Source of the DNA: Macrostomum lignano
Lineage: Eukaryota
Direction of reading: 5' to 3'
Assembly: GCA_002269645.1 (NCBI GenBank)
Contig: NIVC01004005.1
Coordinates: forward strand, 1,106 to 65,105
Length of the DNA stretch: 64,000 nt
Shown: positions 12,650-24,598 of the stretch, piece by piece
Position numbering within the stretch: the stretch's first letter is position 1
How the letters are laid out: the number at the start of each line of letters is the position of its first letter
Made by a program: the position numbers and the translations under genes
The notes under the pieces: generated by a model
Told to the model about the DNA's origin: nothing
Database searches by the model: none
The model's input: only the letters and a program-made list of their open reading frames with translations

Positions 12650-13540
12650 TTGCATTGCATTCTTCGAGTTGGACATCAGACGTTTCGTAGCAATCGCAGT
12701 GCAGCTTTAATCGACTTCGATGTACATTGCAGTCTCGATCCCTGATGAGCTGTCCAAATTCACGTTTGCTGGTACATGTGCATTGTACAAACGGGTGGCC
12801 CATGTGGCACGCAGCAGGCTGTGTAGTCACTCGGTCGAAGGATTCCTTCCTCGATGCACATTTCGTTCATGAATCCACATAGCGTATTTTACCAATAGGC
12901 CGCGATTGGCCTATAGCTACCGTTGCAATATAGAAACGGCCGGGGGGTCGCTCCTGCTGGACGCTTGAGCTAGTAAACATTCTTCAAGTATAGGCTCACA
13001 TGGCATCTAGCCGAGTGGGTAGTAGGACTTAAAGTGGACAACGTCAACCTCATTTGGTTTAATTCTTGTGAGACTGTGGCGAATCCACCTGTGTTGGTCT
13101 TTAACAGTTTCCACGATAAGCCAATTAAGCAAACGTTTTGCTCGTCTATCTCTAGCTATCTCACACAGTTTATCGATTCTCAGAGCGATGTGCATCTCTC
13201 CTCATTAGGGCAAAACTAAATACATTTAGATAGAAAAGTGAACTTATAAGTAAGTTCTTAGGTGGCTCATTGCCCAGCACACTGTTCCATAATTTTTTTC
13301 GCCGGCGTCGGCATCGGCACATTCTCTCCGCAGACCTCAACTCGGTCCCTCCTCAATTAGCACCGATTTTTATTGCAGCATCAAAAATCTCCCAAAAGAC
13401 GAAAATTCTCACCTCGGAAAAATATCACGTGTCAATTGGATCAGATCGTTTGTAGTGATCTGCAGACAATTGCAAGGCCAAGCCTAACCGGCGTGCAATT
13501 TACAACTATATATCGAGGCAGCTCCATAAATGAACTATAT
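12650..13540 (-). mobile_element. Decayed Crypton (DUF3504 tyrosine recombinase) transposon relic
   Basis: Colinear motifs across frameshifts and stops: FDAAIK; KLWNSVLGNEPPKNLL..LFYLN..FALMRRDAHR; KTNTGG; RCHVSLY..KRP; PIGKNTLCGFMNEMC; HSL(L)RATWATRLYNA; GQLIRDR..HRS; YETSD. Confidence 0.8.
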
Positions 13541-14569
13541 GGATTGAACTGGTTGATGGAGACGTCCAACTCATCAAAAGACACGGCGCATGGAGTCTAG
13601 CAGTGTGAAGCCAGCGACGCAGCGAGTAAAAACCGCGACGGCTTGGGTTTCAGGGTTTTCCTTTAATGCTGGCTTCGGTTGACGATATTGTGACAGTGTG
13701 ATTCGTAGAAGCGTGTATCGTATTTTTTATTTTTATATGCATACCGTACTACTACTGTATTATTTCATTTATTTTAACAATATTCGTACGTATTATTATC
13801 GCGCTATTTTTACTGTTAATTGCTTTGTTTTTGTAGCCTCGTATGTATTTATTCTGTTATTTGTATTTCATTCATATCGTTATTATTTCTGGTAAAGTAG
13901 TTCTACCTATGTACTTGTACTGACGTATGTTATTCTTGCATGATATATTTATTGATTAATTTGTACATGTACATTGCGCGCCGCGTGGGGGTTGTTTGTC
14001 TGGGTTTTGGATCAAGGGTGTTGTTGTTATCTGTTTACCTTTAAATATATGCTTACACTACAGTCAACAGCCGCTCTCGCCCTTCCCCTTGCTTCGCTTC
14101 TCGACCTAGGCTCGCTATCCCTTAGCTGTGACGCTGTCTGGCCTCCTTACGTTACACCAACTCTTCCGCCGTCTACCTTGGCACACCAATTAGTTAATTA
14201 ACTAATCCAGCAATTTTAAGTAGCACTAGCAAAAGTCTAAGGGTTGAAGCGGCTTGCCGATCTGCTAACTAATCGTGAACTATCTAAATTAACCGCTTCA
14301 CAAATCCGTCTTATTCGCTTTATTCGTCACAGTAAATCCGGAGTGTAAATCCGGTTTAGGAAAGGATGCTGATTATAACATCGGATCAAAATATTACAGT
14401 GTAACTGAAGCAAAAATCGGCATAGAATAAAAATCAAATATTTAAAACGGATAAATAATATGGCATAGTATTGAGCAAAAAATAACTTTTAAAGTAGTGA
14501 TTCGTATAAAACGGCACCTTCAGCTTCAGCTTAATTTAGTTATAGCTCGATAGATAATTAACAAGAACA

Positions 14570-14680
14570 TTCTTATTATTAAGAATGATAATAATAATAA
14601 CACTCTTATTATTAAAAATGATAATAATAATAACACTCTTATTATTAAGAATGATAATAATAATAACACTCTTATTATTA
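14570..14680. repeat. 33-bp AT-rich tandem repeat, 3 copies
   Basis: Unit ttattattaagaatgataataataataacactc. Confidence 0.8.
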
Positions 14681-15083
14681 TTAAGTGTGTCTTAACTTGT
14701 TCACAGCTAACTTAGCTTGTTCAGCATAATAATTTTTGTCATCGACTACTGTCATTCTATTCAAACGAACTTTAGTCTAGACTTAGAGATTTAGTATATT
14801 TAGATTTAGTCCTACTCACATAGTCCTACTGACTGAAGTTCTAGTGTAGGTGTAGGTGTAGCCTAAGAGTAGGACCATAAGTAGTTAGTAGTAGGCCTAG
14901 TAGTAGTAGGCCTGCCGGCACCACCCAGCTTAGGCTTAGGCCTACTTTCTTAATTTTCTCTACCAATCAATGATAGTCGATCGATCGGCTAAGTCAAAGA
15001 TAGGATAGCTGGTGATTTTCAACTTTCCCACTCTAAATTATTTTACGCATTTTTTCAGCTGATCATGGCTGGCCGACCGCAGG

Positions 15084-15330
15084 CACCATGTCTTGCCTGG
15101 AATGAGAGTCATCACAGATCAGTGGGCTAGCTATCATACTGTATTGCCTGGCAACCATGCTACCATGAACCACATGTTACACTTCCGCTAGGCCCCCAAA
15201 TGACCCATCCATCCATACCAACCAGGTCAAGGGAATGTGGGGTAATTACAAGGCCAAATTCTGTACCATGCATGGTATGTCTGATCAGCTGCTTAACACA
15301 CCTGCAGGAATTCATATGGTGCCGCCACCC
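15084..15330 (+). mobile_element. Decayed Merlin (IS1016/IS1595-like DDE) transposase fragment
   Basis: HVLPGMRVITDQWASY...HATMNHMLHF / DPSIHTNQVKGMWGNYK / HLQEFIWCR matches Merlin LPGT.I.SD.W..Y, H.TVNH..NF, HTQ.IE..W...K, YL.EF.WR. Confidence 0.75.
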
Positions 15331-16721
15331 ACCAAGTAGTTTGGCAACATCCTGTACTAGATTGCCTCGGCCTATTACTAGTTGCCGTGACTTAGTAAGC
15401 ATTTATTTTTGTTTTCTTACTTGTCTTATTGCCCCAAACTCAAATACATTATAAAATAATTTAGAGCGGGAAAGTAAAAAAAATACTAGATAGCTATATA
15501 TAATAATTGATAAGATTGTTGTAAGGATTGGGTGACTTCTAAAGAATTGTCTATATCTATAAATTATAATAATAAATTATATCTAATAGGCCTATATTTA
15601 TAAATTTTAAAATATGTAACATATAATAGCCTATTTGTTGTGTAGGCCTAGTAAAATTCTACATTGATATATTCAAGTCACACATTTAAGTTGGTAGCCA
15701 TCTAAGAGGAGATATATTAAACCTGACTTGCCCAATAGGTCCACTCAGACTCGGCTTTAGATATAAGATAGGCCTAGTTAGGCTATCCTAGATTCCTAGG
15801 CCCTATGGCTATAGAATTGTTCATTAAATTATTTTTTTGCTTTACTTAGATTTTTCTATTTTAGAATCCAAAAAGCAAACAAGTGAACAAATTAATAGTT
15901 TAATATGTATTAGTAGCAAAATGGTTTGTTATAGTCAATTGCCATATCACAATTCAAAAGTACTACTTTAACATTAAATTGGCTCCTAACTCCTAATAGC
16001 CTACTAATATTATAGTATAATGTGACTAGGTAAACCTAATTTTGTGTAGGACACATCTCTTTAAAATCTGAATTTTTATATTTATATATTAGGAACTCTT
16101 AAAATAGTATTAGTTTTGCATGTACAAAACATGAAAATATGTCAAAAGGCAAAGGCTAGGCCTATGATAATGTCAGGGGATCTTTAAAGGAAAATGCATT
16201 TGAAATTGAGAAATTAGCTAAGTAGTTAGCTAGGTTTTAGATACTATTCCATTCTGATTAATGGCTATAAAATTCTGTAATAATAGGTATAGTGTAGTAG
16301 ACTATAAATAAGTAGTTATATTTATAAGATTATCCTAAAAAATTAAACAAGTTTTGCATTAGAAAAAATGTGACATTTTTTTATTATTAGAAATAAAGCA
16401 ACTAAATAAAATAAAACTTCATAATGTTTTATTGTATATCAGCAATATATCTACTTAATAAGGGCACTTGCTATCACCACAACTCCCAAATGGTGTTAAA
16501 ATATAGCATAAACCTTAGCAAGCTTTTTTAGTCTATGGTGATAATAATAGTAAAAAACCTTTATATAATACCACTCCAAACCATTGTGATAGGAAATTTT
16601 GTAGATACCACATTAAGCACCTTAGAAAGATTATTATATTGCTTTTTAGTCAGTAAAAAAGCTCTTTATTAAAGCCAAAGAAGGTGATGACCTCATTGAC
16701 TATTTATTTTCTTAGTATGAA

Positions 16722-16911
16722 CAGGGGTGTAGGGAGGGGGAGATAGGGAGGATGTATTCCCCCCCCAAAAAGCCTGACCAAAACTTTTTTGTTGCTTTTT
16801 GTTGCTATACATACTACCACATGACTCTGTCATAGCATTGGTATACCCCCCCCCCCGTAGAAAATTCACCTTGGTGTATCCCCCCATAGGAAATTCCTGG
16901 CTACACCCCTA
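16722..16911. mobile_element. 190-bp hAT-type MITE
   Basis: TIR caggggtgtag / ctacacccct(a); 8-bp TSD agtatgaa (16714-16721) versus agcatgaa (16912-16919). Confidence 0.8.
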
Positions 16912-18799
16912 AGCATGAATGGCCTCAATAATTGCATGGTGTTTTGCAAGCTCCTTAGACTTGGGCATATTGCTAATGAATAATGTGACAAATTTAATTT
17001 GGCGCAGCGTAACAGTCCTTGGCAGAATGAGACCAAACAAAGAACAGAAAAATGCAAGTAGTAGCGCAGTCCAATAAGCAATTAAACTGATATATTTTTT
17101 CTTGCTTAGTTGGTTAAGTTTATTATATTTTTTGAGTAGCGACAAAAAACAATCAGTTAATATAATAGATCAAAATGATAGATGATACACTGAATTGTGA
17201 TTGGCTGATAGTTACAATGGGTGCTGAGCAAAATTATTGATTTGTTAAAAATTCATCACTTGCAACATATAAAAGCCAATGCAATGAATGTACATATAAT
17301 TCATACAAAATATGATACACTTACATAGTAGTCTACTGATAGTAAAAATAATAGTAAATATGTGGACATTTTCAACTAAGTCCACCTTCACAAATAATTT
17401 GAAAAAAAAAATTATTGCTACCATTAGTATATTAGCTGTCAATATACTAATTTTCTTTCAAATTGATAAAGGCATTAATGAGATAATAAGGTTTTAAAAT
17501 TGTCTAAATTAACCTCATGACCCTGTATAGTAGCTATAAATACAAGATGCCCATAGAAAACAATGGCTCTTATGGCTATGGCTATAGAAATATAATAGTT
17601 TAAGGCTTTTCCCATAGATTGAAAAGTCAGTTTTAAATTTTTAATTATTAGAAGAAAAATGTAAGAATAAGATAAAATAGAATTACTTTAAAAACAGTAG
17701 CATAGATCTTTTAGATAATAAAATAACTAGTTATTATTAATAATAAATGGATATACTTAGTTTATTTTATGAATGAATTGTTTTTTCTATAAATACATAT
17801 ATATTAATACCAGTATAGCTTAGGTAGCCTATATTATAGAAAATATAATAAAACTAGTGCCTATAACTACAAAGATATATACCTAATTGCTAAGGTTTTA
17901 CAGCTAAGGCTATATCTATGATATAAGTGCCTTTATTAAAATTGAACACTAAGTATTAGGCATATATAATCAGCCCTAAGCCATTTTTGTCCCTAATATA
18001 GTCAAAAGATGTTTTTTGCCTATTGTATACATTTGATTTATTTTTTAGCACATTCAAAGAACTCTAGTGCAATCTGACACCTAGCCACAATAGGAGGTTT
18101 TCAAAATTAGCCTTCAATTAATGTAGATATAGTCAGCTTATATTGGTTTTCAGTGCTAGCTCTAGTTAGTCAGTCTAAAATAGTTTAATATATGTTAATT
18201 GTGAATTTTTGTATTATATAGTTAATTGCTAATTTTTTTGGGTCCCAATACTACAAATAATGTTGCCACCTTATTAAATATAATATATGGTAATACTAAA
18301 ACTTTATGAAGTGATAAAAATAAAAAAAATTTAACTTAGGCATGATGTCTTTCTGGAATATTTTGTATTATTGTAGCAATTACTGGCTTTACTATGTTTT
18401 AATAATATATAATATTATATAAATGTACTACTAAGTGAAGATATGGAGTTTTTCTGCATTAAAAATGCACTAATATTTACCTAAATTATAATCCATGCAC
18501 TTTCTAAATAGTGTCTGGACTGGAAGGCTTTCATGGCCTTCAATATTTAGTAGTCCATGGCCCATGAGTAATAATTGATGCAACATATGCTCGAATTTAG
18601 CTTGCCTGTCAAAGGTAATTTATTTCTTTAGGCAGCACCACACATTGAAGGTAATTTTAGCAATAGATTTTCAATGCTAGCTATTTGCCGACATTGCTGC
18701 CCAAGTCATCGAATCTAAATCCAATCTCGATCGCAAGAAGCCTTTGGCGCGTCTTTTTAATTACTCGGCAAGTTCGTCCCTTAAATCCTTTGTTAGCAC

Positions 18800-21325
18800 A
18801 TGAGAAAAGCCGCCAGAGTCATGGCCGTCAAAGCTTCAGCCGCCTCCGACAGCAGTGGCAGGCGTTTCTTAGCTCGCCTGCATGGCGCCTTTCATCCTCG
18901 GAGCGCCGGCGGCGCCTCCACCTCGGCTGCAGACTCTTCTGGCGGCGCCAATTCGGCGCCAATCGCAGCCTTAGCAATTGGCGGCGCGAGTCGCACAGCC
19001 GCGTCAATAACTGTGGATAGGAAATCAATAGACAAGTGCACCACCTACATGACTAAAGTGATGAAACTGTGCAGGCAGCCGCAGCTTAACTTAAAGAATT
19101 CGCCGCCCTACTTGCCGGACACAATACCGGACACTGCCGAGTACATTAACAGCATTGTGTCTAAGTACAATGAGAACTATCAAAACCTGTCAGAGAATGA
19201 TTATTTTCCATTGTTTATTCACACGCTAATTTCTCGATGCAAGCAGACTGTTCGACTGTTTAAAGAGGCCAAAGAGCGAATGTTTGACGAGACCTCGGAG
19301 TATAGGCAACAATTGACGAAACTGTCGCTGACGTTCTCGCATATGCTCAAAGATCTGCAGGCATTGTTCCCCAATAAAGTATACGATTTGTCAGACTTCC
19401 GGGTCACTAAGGTGAGTTTCGAGCTTGTGAAGTTTCGAGCTTGTGAAGTTTCCAGCTTGTGAAGCTTTGAGCTTGTGAAGCTTTGAGCTTGTGAAGTCTC
19501 GAGCTTGTGAAGTTTCGAGCTTGTGAAGCTTTGAGCTTGTGAAGTTTCGAGCTTGTGAAGCTTTGAGCTTGTGAAGTTTCGAGCTTGTGAAGTTTCGAGC
19601 TTGTGAAATTTCGAGCTTGTGAAGCTTTGAGCTTGTAAAATCTGGAGCTTGTGAAATTTCGAGCTTGTGAAGTTTCGAGCTTGTGAAGTCTCGATCTTGT
19701 GAAGTTTCGAGCTTATGAAGTCTCGATCTTGTGAAGTTTCGAGCTTGTGAAGTTTCGAGCTTTTTAAATTCCCGAGTTTGTAAATTTTGAGCTCGAAGTT
19801 TGGAGCTTGTAAAGCTTCGAGCTTTTGAAATTTGATCTTTTGTAATTTCGAGCTTTTGAAAGGCCCATTAAGTCGCATGCTACCAGACTCGAACACCCCA
19901 TCTCCCGCCACTCAGGTTGACGCTGACGAGTTCTGGCGGCACTATTTCCCAGGCCGCGGCATCGTGTCTTGGCCGGAGTTCAGCGCCGCCTTCTCAGACG
20001 TGCACCCGATTCACGATCGGATGGAATTAGTAGCATTGAAATCGACAATCGATCTGACCTGCAACGATCACGTGTCCGTATTCGAATTCGACGTGTTCGT
20101 CAGGCTATTCCAGCCGTGGCGCAACATACTGCAGAACTGGAAGCGCCTGGCCGTCACCCATCCCGGCTACATGGCGTTTCTCACCTACGACGAGGTTCGC
20201 ACCCGCCTGATGAAGCACATTGGCCGGCCCGGGGCCTATATCTATAGGCAGAGCTGCACCAAGCTGGGCCAATGGGCCATTGGCTACGTCACTGACGATG
20301 GCCAGATACTGCAGACTATTATACAGAACAAATCTCTCGCCCGGGCACTAATTGACGGAGCCAGGGATATGTTCTACCTGTATCCGGATGGCAACGGAGT
20401 CAATCCCGATCTATCTAGCCTAGTGCAGGACCTGCCGCCGGTTGTTATCCAGGTCACCCAGCAACAGTATGAGATGTACTGCAGCACGCAGAATATCACT
20501 TATCAGTCATTTCAATTGTGCAAGATCTGCATGGAGCGGGACAAGGAGGTGCGCATAGAGCCGTGCGGCCACTACATGTGCGCCCAGTGCATCGCCAGTA
20601 TCCAAGCCAGTCAGGACGAAGCGCTCTGTCCGTTCTGTCGGCGCGAGATCAAAGGCACCGAGTCTGTCATCTTGAAGCCGTTCATGCCGCCAACTGAGCC
20701 TATGGTGCCCGCCGCTTCTCAGCCGCAGCCTCCGCCTCCGCCGCCTCCTCCAGTTCAAGCACCTTCGCCGCCGCCGCGGCCGCCTCGGACTGGCAACTCA
20801 CCAGCCTCGGCGCGCCGCTGCCCGACTGTAACAGCCGCCGGCGCGGCTTCCGGCGCTGCTGTAGCGGCCGCCACAACCGTAGGCGCCTCCGCCGCCGTCT
20901 CAACAGCGCGTGAGAACGGCGCCTCAGACTATAATAACGCAGACAGCGACAGCGAGGACGAGCGGCGCTCCGCCAGCGGTGTCGGCGACGGCGGTGGCGA
21001 TGCCAACGGCAGCTTCACTTACGCGACGCTGCATTTCGATCCTTCGTCGTCGGCGTCGCAATCTGTTAGCAGCTCCAGGGCGGCTTCGCCGCTGCCGGCC
21101 CGTCTAGCGGCTGGAACGGCAGAAGCGGTTGGAGAGGCCGACGCGGCCGCCGGTGCCGACCAGGAGCAGTCGGTGCAGGCGCTGCTAGCTCTGGGCTACA
21201 CCGAAGCAGAAGCTCGGCAGGCTCTGTCAGCCAGTCTGGGCAGTCTGCAGATTGCGCGCAACATCTTAGCCGCATTCACTTTGCGCCAAGAGTCCTACGT
21301 TAACGTTTATGGCAGGTCGACTTGA
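18800..21325 (+). CDS. CBL: Cbl E3 ubiquitin ligase (TKB, linker, RING, Pro-rich, UBA); exons 18800-19411 and 19916-21325
   Basis: [15 protein letters not shown]; [12 protein letters not shown]; [29 protein letters not shown]; [14 protein letters not shown]; [13 protein letters not shown]; C3HC4 RING CKIC...PCGH..CPFCR; C-terminal UBA. Phase-0 intron aag|gtgagt...ctcag|gtt restores RVTK-VDADEFW. Confidence 0.96.
19412..19860. repeat. 16-bp minisatellite filling the Cbl intron
   Basis: Unit gagcttgtgaagtttc; starts right after the donor and degenerates toward the 3' end. Confidence 0.92.
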
Positions 21326-21509
21326 TAAATGGCTTTTCTTGGCTGATGGATAGTTAATGCTGTAATCATTAAGTAATTAATCTGTCATAAACAACTGAAG
21401 CGCAAGGACACTATTCGCAAATTGTGTGAATTTCACTGATAGCCCGGTATCTGTTGTTTTTTACACTACTAAATTGACAATATCTCGCATTCCGAAATTC
21501 TAAATCGCG

Positions 21510-21760
21510 AATGGAGCCAAATGAGTTATAGCCTTGAGGATCGGGGGTTCGAATCTTGGAACAGTAAGACCCACTCGGAACAATTATTGTGTCCTTGAGC
21601 ACTGCATTGCTTCAGTTCACCCAACTGTAAAATGGGTGCCAGCATTAGCTGGGGTAATTGAGGGTGAAGCTTTGAGGCGACCCCCCCCCCAGTCCTTGGA
21701 CTAAACAGCCGTACGCAGCATTCAGATGGGTTGCACATCTGCCCTTAGGGCTATTTAATG
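21510..21760 (+). mobile_element. tRNA-derived SINE
   Basis: B box ggttcgaatc at about 21546, then gtgtccttgagca and ttcagttcacccaactgtaaaatgggt, typical of a SINE2 body. Confidence 0.7.
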
Positions 21761-23106
21761 AGTGGAAATGAGGGTTGTTTATTTTAGGACTACTACTAAA
21801 GGCCCCAACAAATTTCTGTGGTTCACCTATTTCCAGTCCAGAATGTGAGATATTGGGAATTTAGTAGTCCATGTAGCAGTTGTTCGCGTTATCTATTACT
21901 ATATATAATCAAAATTGAGTTCAACTTTGATACATTTATACCTGAAGGAGGCCCATTGTTTGACTGTTGGCTGAGCTGCCTCTGGTGCGGCGGTTTGTGG
22001 AAGAAACGCGTTATTGATCAATACATTTATTCATTTATGCTTAATAAATTCGATATTTTTCTAACCTGTACGATTTCCTCATGCTTGGCGCTCTGCTAAT
22101 TAATTTTGTTATACCGAATCGTAATAGTCGCGAACAAAATCTAATTAGTAAAATGGCTTTTATGCTCTCAGCTTTCTTTGTTTAGTTTTAGATAGTTTGT
22201 TTATCTATTGACAAAAATTGAGCTCAAACCTTTCGAAGCCCAGTTCTTGGCTATTCGCTGTCCCGTTTTTTTTAACCCCTATCGCCTTGCCTTGTACAAA
22301 TTATTTAATTTAGGTTGAAGTTTCGACTTTTGCTACTTTAAGTAGCCACTATAGTTTGTTTTTGTTGTATTTTTGTAAATGAAAAAATGAGTAGACTGAA
22401 AATATACTTTACTTGGCTTCTGTTCTAGCTGCGTGTATTCTCAATATTTCCCTTTCTAGTTAAATAAACATACAGGTTTAGTTGTTGCTCTATTATTCTT
22501 TTCTGTGTTTTTCTCGCGACCGCGCCTGTCCGCTTAGGATATTTTCTAAAGCACCTTCCCCTCCAAAGAGAAAATGCTGTGTTCCCCCTTTTGACGTTTA
22601 TATGTTTCTCTGCACTAATAATTAGATATTTAATACTAATATATATATTAATCTAGTTGTGGCCGGCTTTCGCGCACTTTGATTCGTTTCAAATCGAAAT
22701 TTCGTTTACATTATTATTGCTCTCGTATTTACGCAAGTGGAAAAGTATTTTCTAATCTCTTTGTTTCTTCCTTTTTTATATAATAAAATACGCTTGTTAA
22801 TTGTTTTCTCATTCGCTTTGTTTGTGTGTACATTAATGTTTTCTTGTTTTGTTATCGAAAGAACGGTTAAAGTCAAAAAGAGTTAAACCACTGTTTGGTT
22901 AGTTATTGTAAGACTTATGGAAAACGATTGAGCACGAATAAATGCGCAACTCAGCCCATTTCATACACAATATGCGTGGATTTGTCAATATTTGTTTTGC
23001 TTGGCGTTATAAAAACTTGCCGCAAATGTGAGCTTGTGCTTCTTTCTTTTCCAAAAATTGAGGCTGGGTTGGTGTCATTATCACCGGCAGCCAAAAACAG
23101 CCCGGG

Positions 23107-23645
23107 TGTCGATATCACAGCCAGCCAATCAGGGCTGAGGGATTAAGGTGGATATCACGGCCAGCCAATCAGGGCTGAGGGATTGAGGTGGATATCACAG
23201 CCAGCCAATCAGGGTTGAGGGAGGGATGGGTTTATATCCCAGCCAGCCAATCAGTGCTGAGGGAGGGGATGGATCGATATCACAGCCAGCCAATAGGGGC
23301 TAAGGGAGGGGATGGATCGATATCACAGTCAGCCAATAAGGGCTGAGTGAGGGGATGAATCGATATCACAGCCAGCCAATAAGGGCTGAGGGAGGGGGAT
23401 GGATCGATATCACAGCCAGCCAATAAGGGCTGAGGGAGGGGGATGGATCGATATCACAGCCAGCCAATAAGGGCTGAGTGAGGGGATGGATCGATATAAC
23501 AGCCAGTCAATCAGTGCTGCGCTGAGTGAGGGGATGGATCGATATCACAGCCAGCCAATAAGGGATGAGGGAGGGGATGGATCGATATCACAGCCAGCCA
23601 ATAAGGGCTGAGGGAGGGGATTGATCGATATCACAGCCAGCCAAT
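23107..23645. repeat. About 43-bp minisatellite, about 12-13 copies, each carrying a CCAAT motif
   Basis: Unit gatatcacagccagccaata/cagggctgagggaggggatggatc. Confidence 0.92.
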
Positions 23646-24270
23646 AATTTTGAAATTAAAGGAACTAGTGACTCAAATCATTAATAGCAGTTGTTTGTCA
23701 AAAAATTGCAAATTAGTTTTCTGCACGAAAATAGAATTAATTGTGTGAACAAGTATAATTTGCAGCAGAATGTTCTAATGATGCAATCGGTTGTGGCGCT
23801 AATTTAAACGCATAATTTAAAAGTGGGAACATTAAACTTACAAGTTTTGTATAAAAAAGTTACAGATTCTTGCTTCTAGGAGGATTATTACTATCTGTGT
23901 TGACATAGGCGGTAGCGAGAACGATAGCTGTAGCTAATTAAGGGGCCACCGATATACTCGAGGATGTGAGCAAATACGAGTAATTGCTAATTAGCCTTGA
24001 TGAAGAATCTGCCCTCACCTGATACTACAGTGTTTAATCTAATTAGCTGCTATCTACATGTACCAATCTATAATAGGGCTTAGGGATATAATTAGTATAT
24101 AGAGAATTATTTAGATTGTATCATAGATACCCCAGTGCCCGACAGGCACTAAGATGAGAACCAACTGCATTTATGCATATCAAAATATTGTGTATACGCT
24201 CTTACATAGTGCAAATTATAGCAAAAATATGATTAAGTTTTTATTGCCACGCATGCAGCTCATCAGAAAT

Positions 24271-24598
24271 CAGACAGTTATGATCACTATCAGACAGTAT
24301 GACCAATATCAGACAGTTATGACCTATATCAGACAGTTATGACCAATATCAGACAGTTATGACCTATATCAGACAGTTATGACCTATATCAGACAGTTAT
24401 GACCTATATCAGACAGTTATGACCTATATCAGACAGTTATGACCTATATCAGACAGTTATGACCTATATCAGACAGTTATGACCTATATCAGACAGTTAT
24501 GACCTATATCAGACAGTTATGACCTATATCAGACAGTTATGACCTATATCAGACAGTTATGACCTATATCAGACAGTTATGACCTATATCAGACAGTC
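24271..24598. repeat. 20-bp minisatellite
   Basis: Unit atcagacagttatgacctat, nearly invariant in the right two-thirds. Confidence 0.95.

Noticed and set aside
16866-17081. Minus-strand peptide with an LRR-like CPSLRSL
   Set aside because: It is too short and degenerate to assign, and lies in the mutated AT-rich domain.
21510-21560. tRNA gene candidates here and at 49660-49725 and 63890-63960
   Set aside because: A/B boxes are present but there is no cloverleaf or terminator, and SINE-type bodies follow.
23107-23645. CRISPR-like appearance of the 20-44-bp arrays
   Set aside because: Units are head-to-tail with no unique spacers, there are no cas genes, and the context is eukaryotic.
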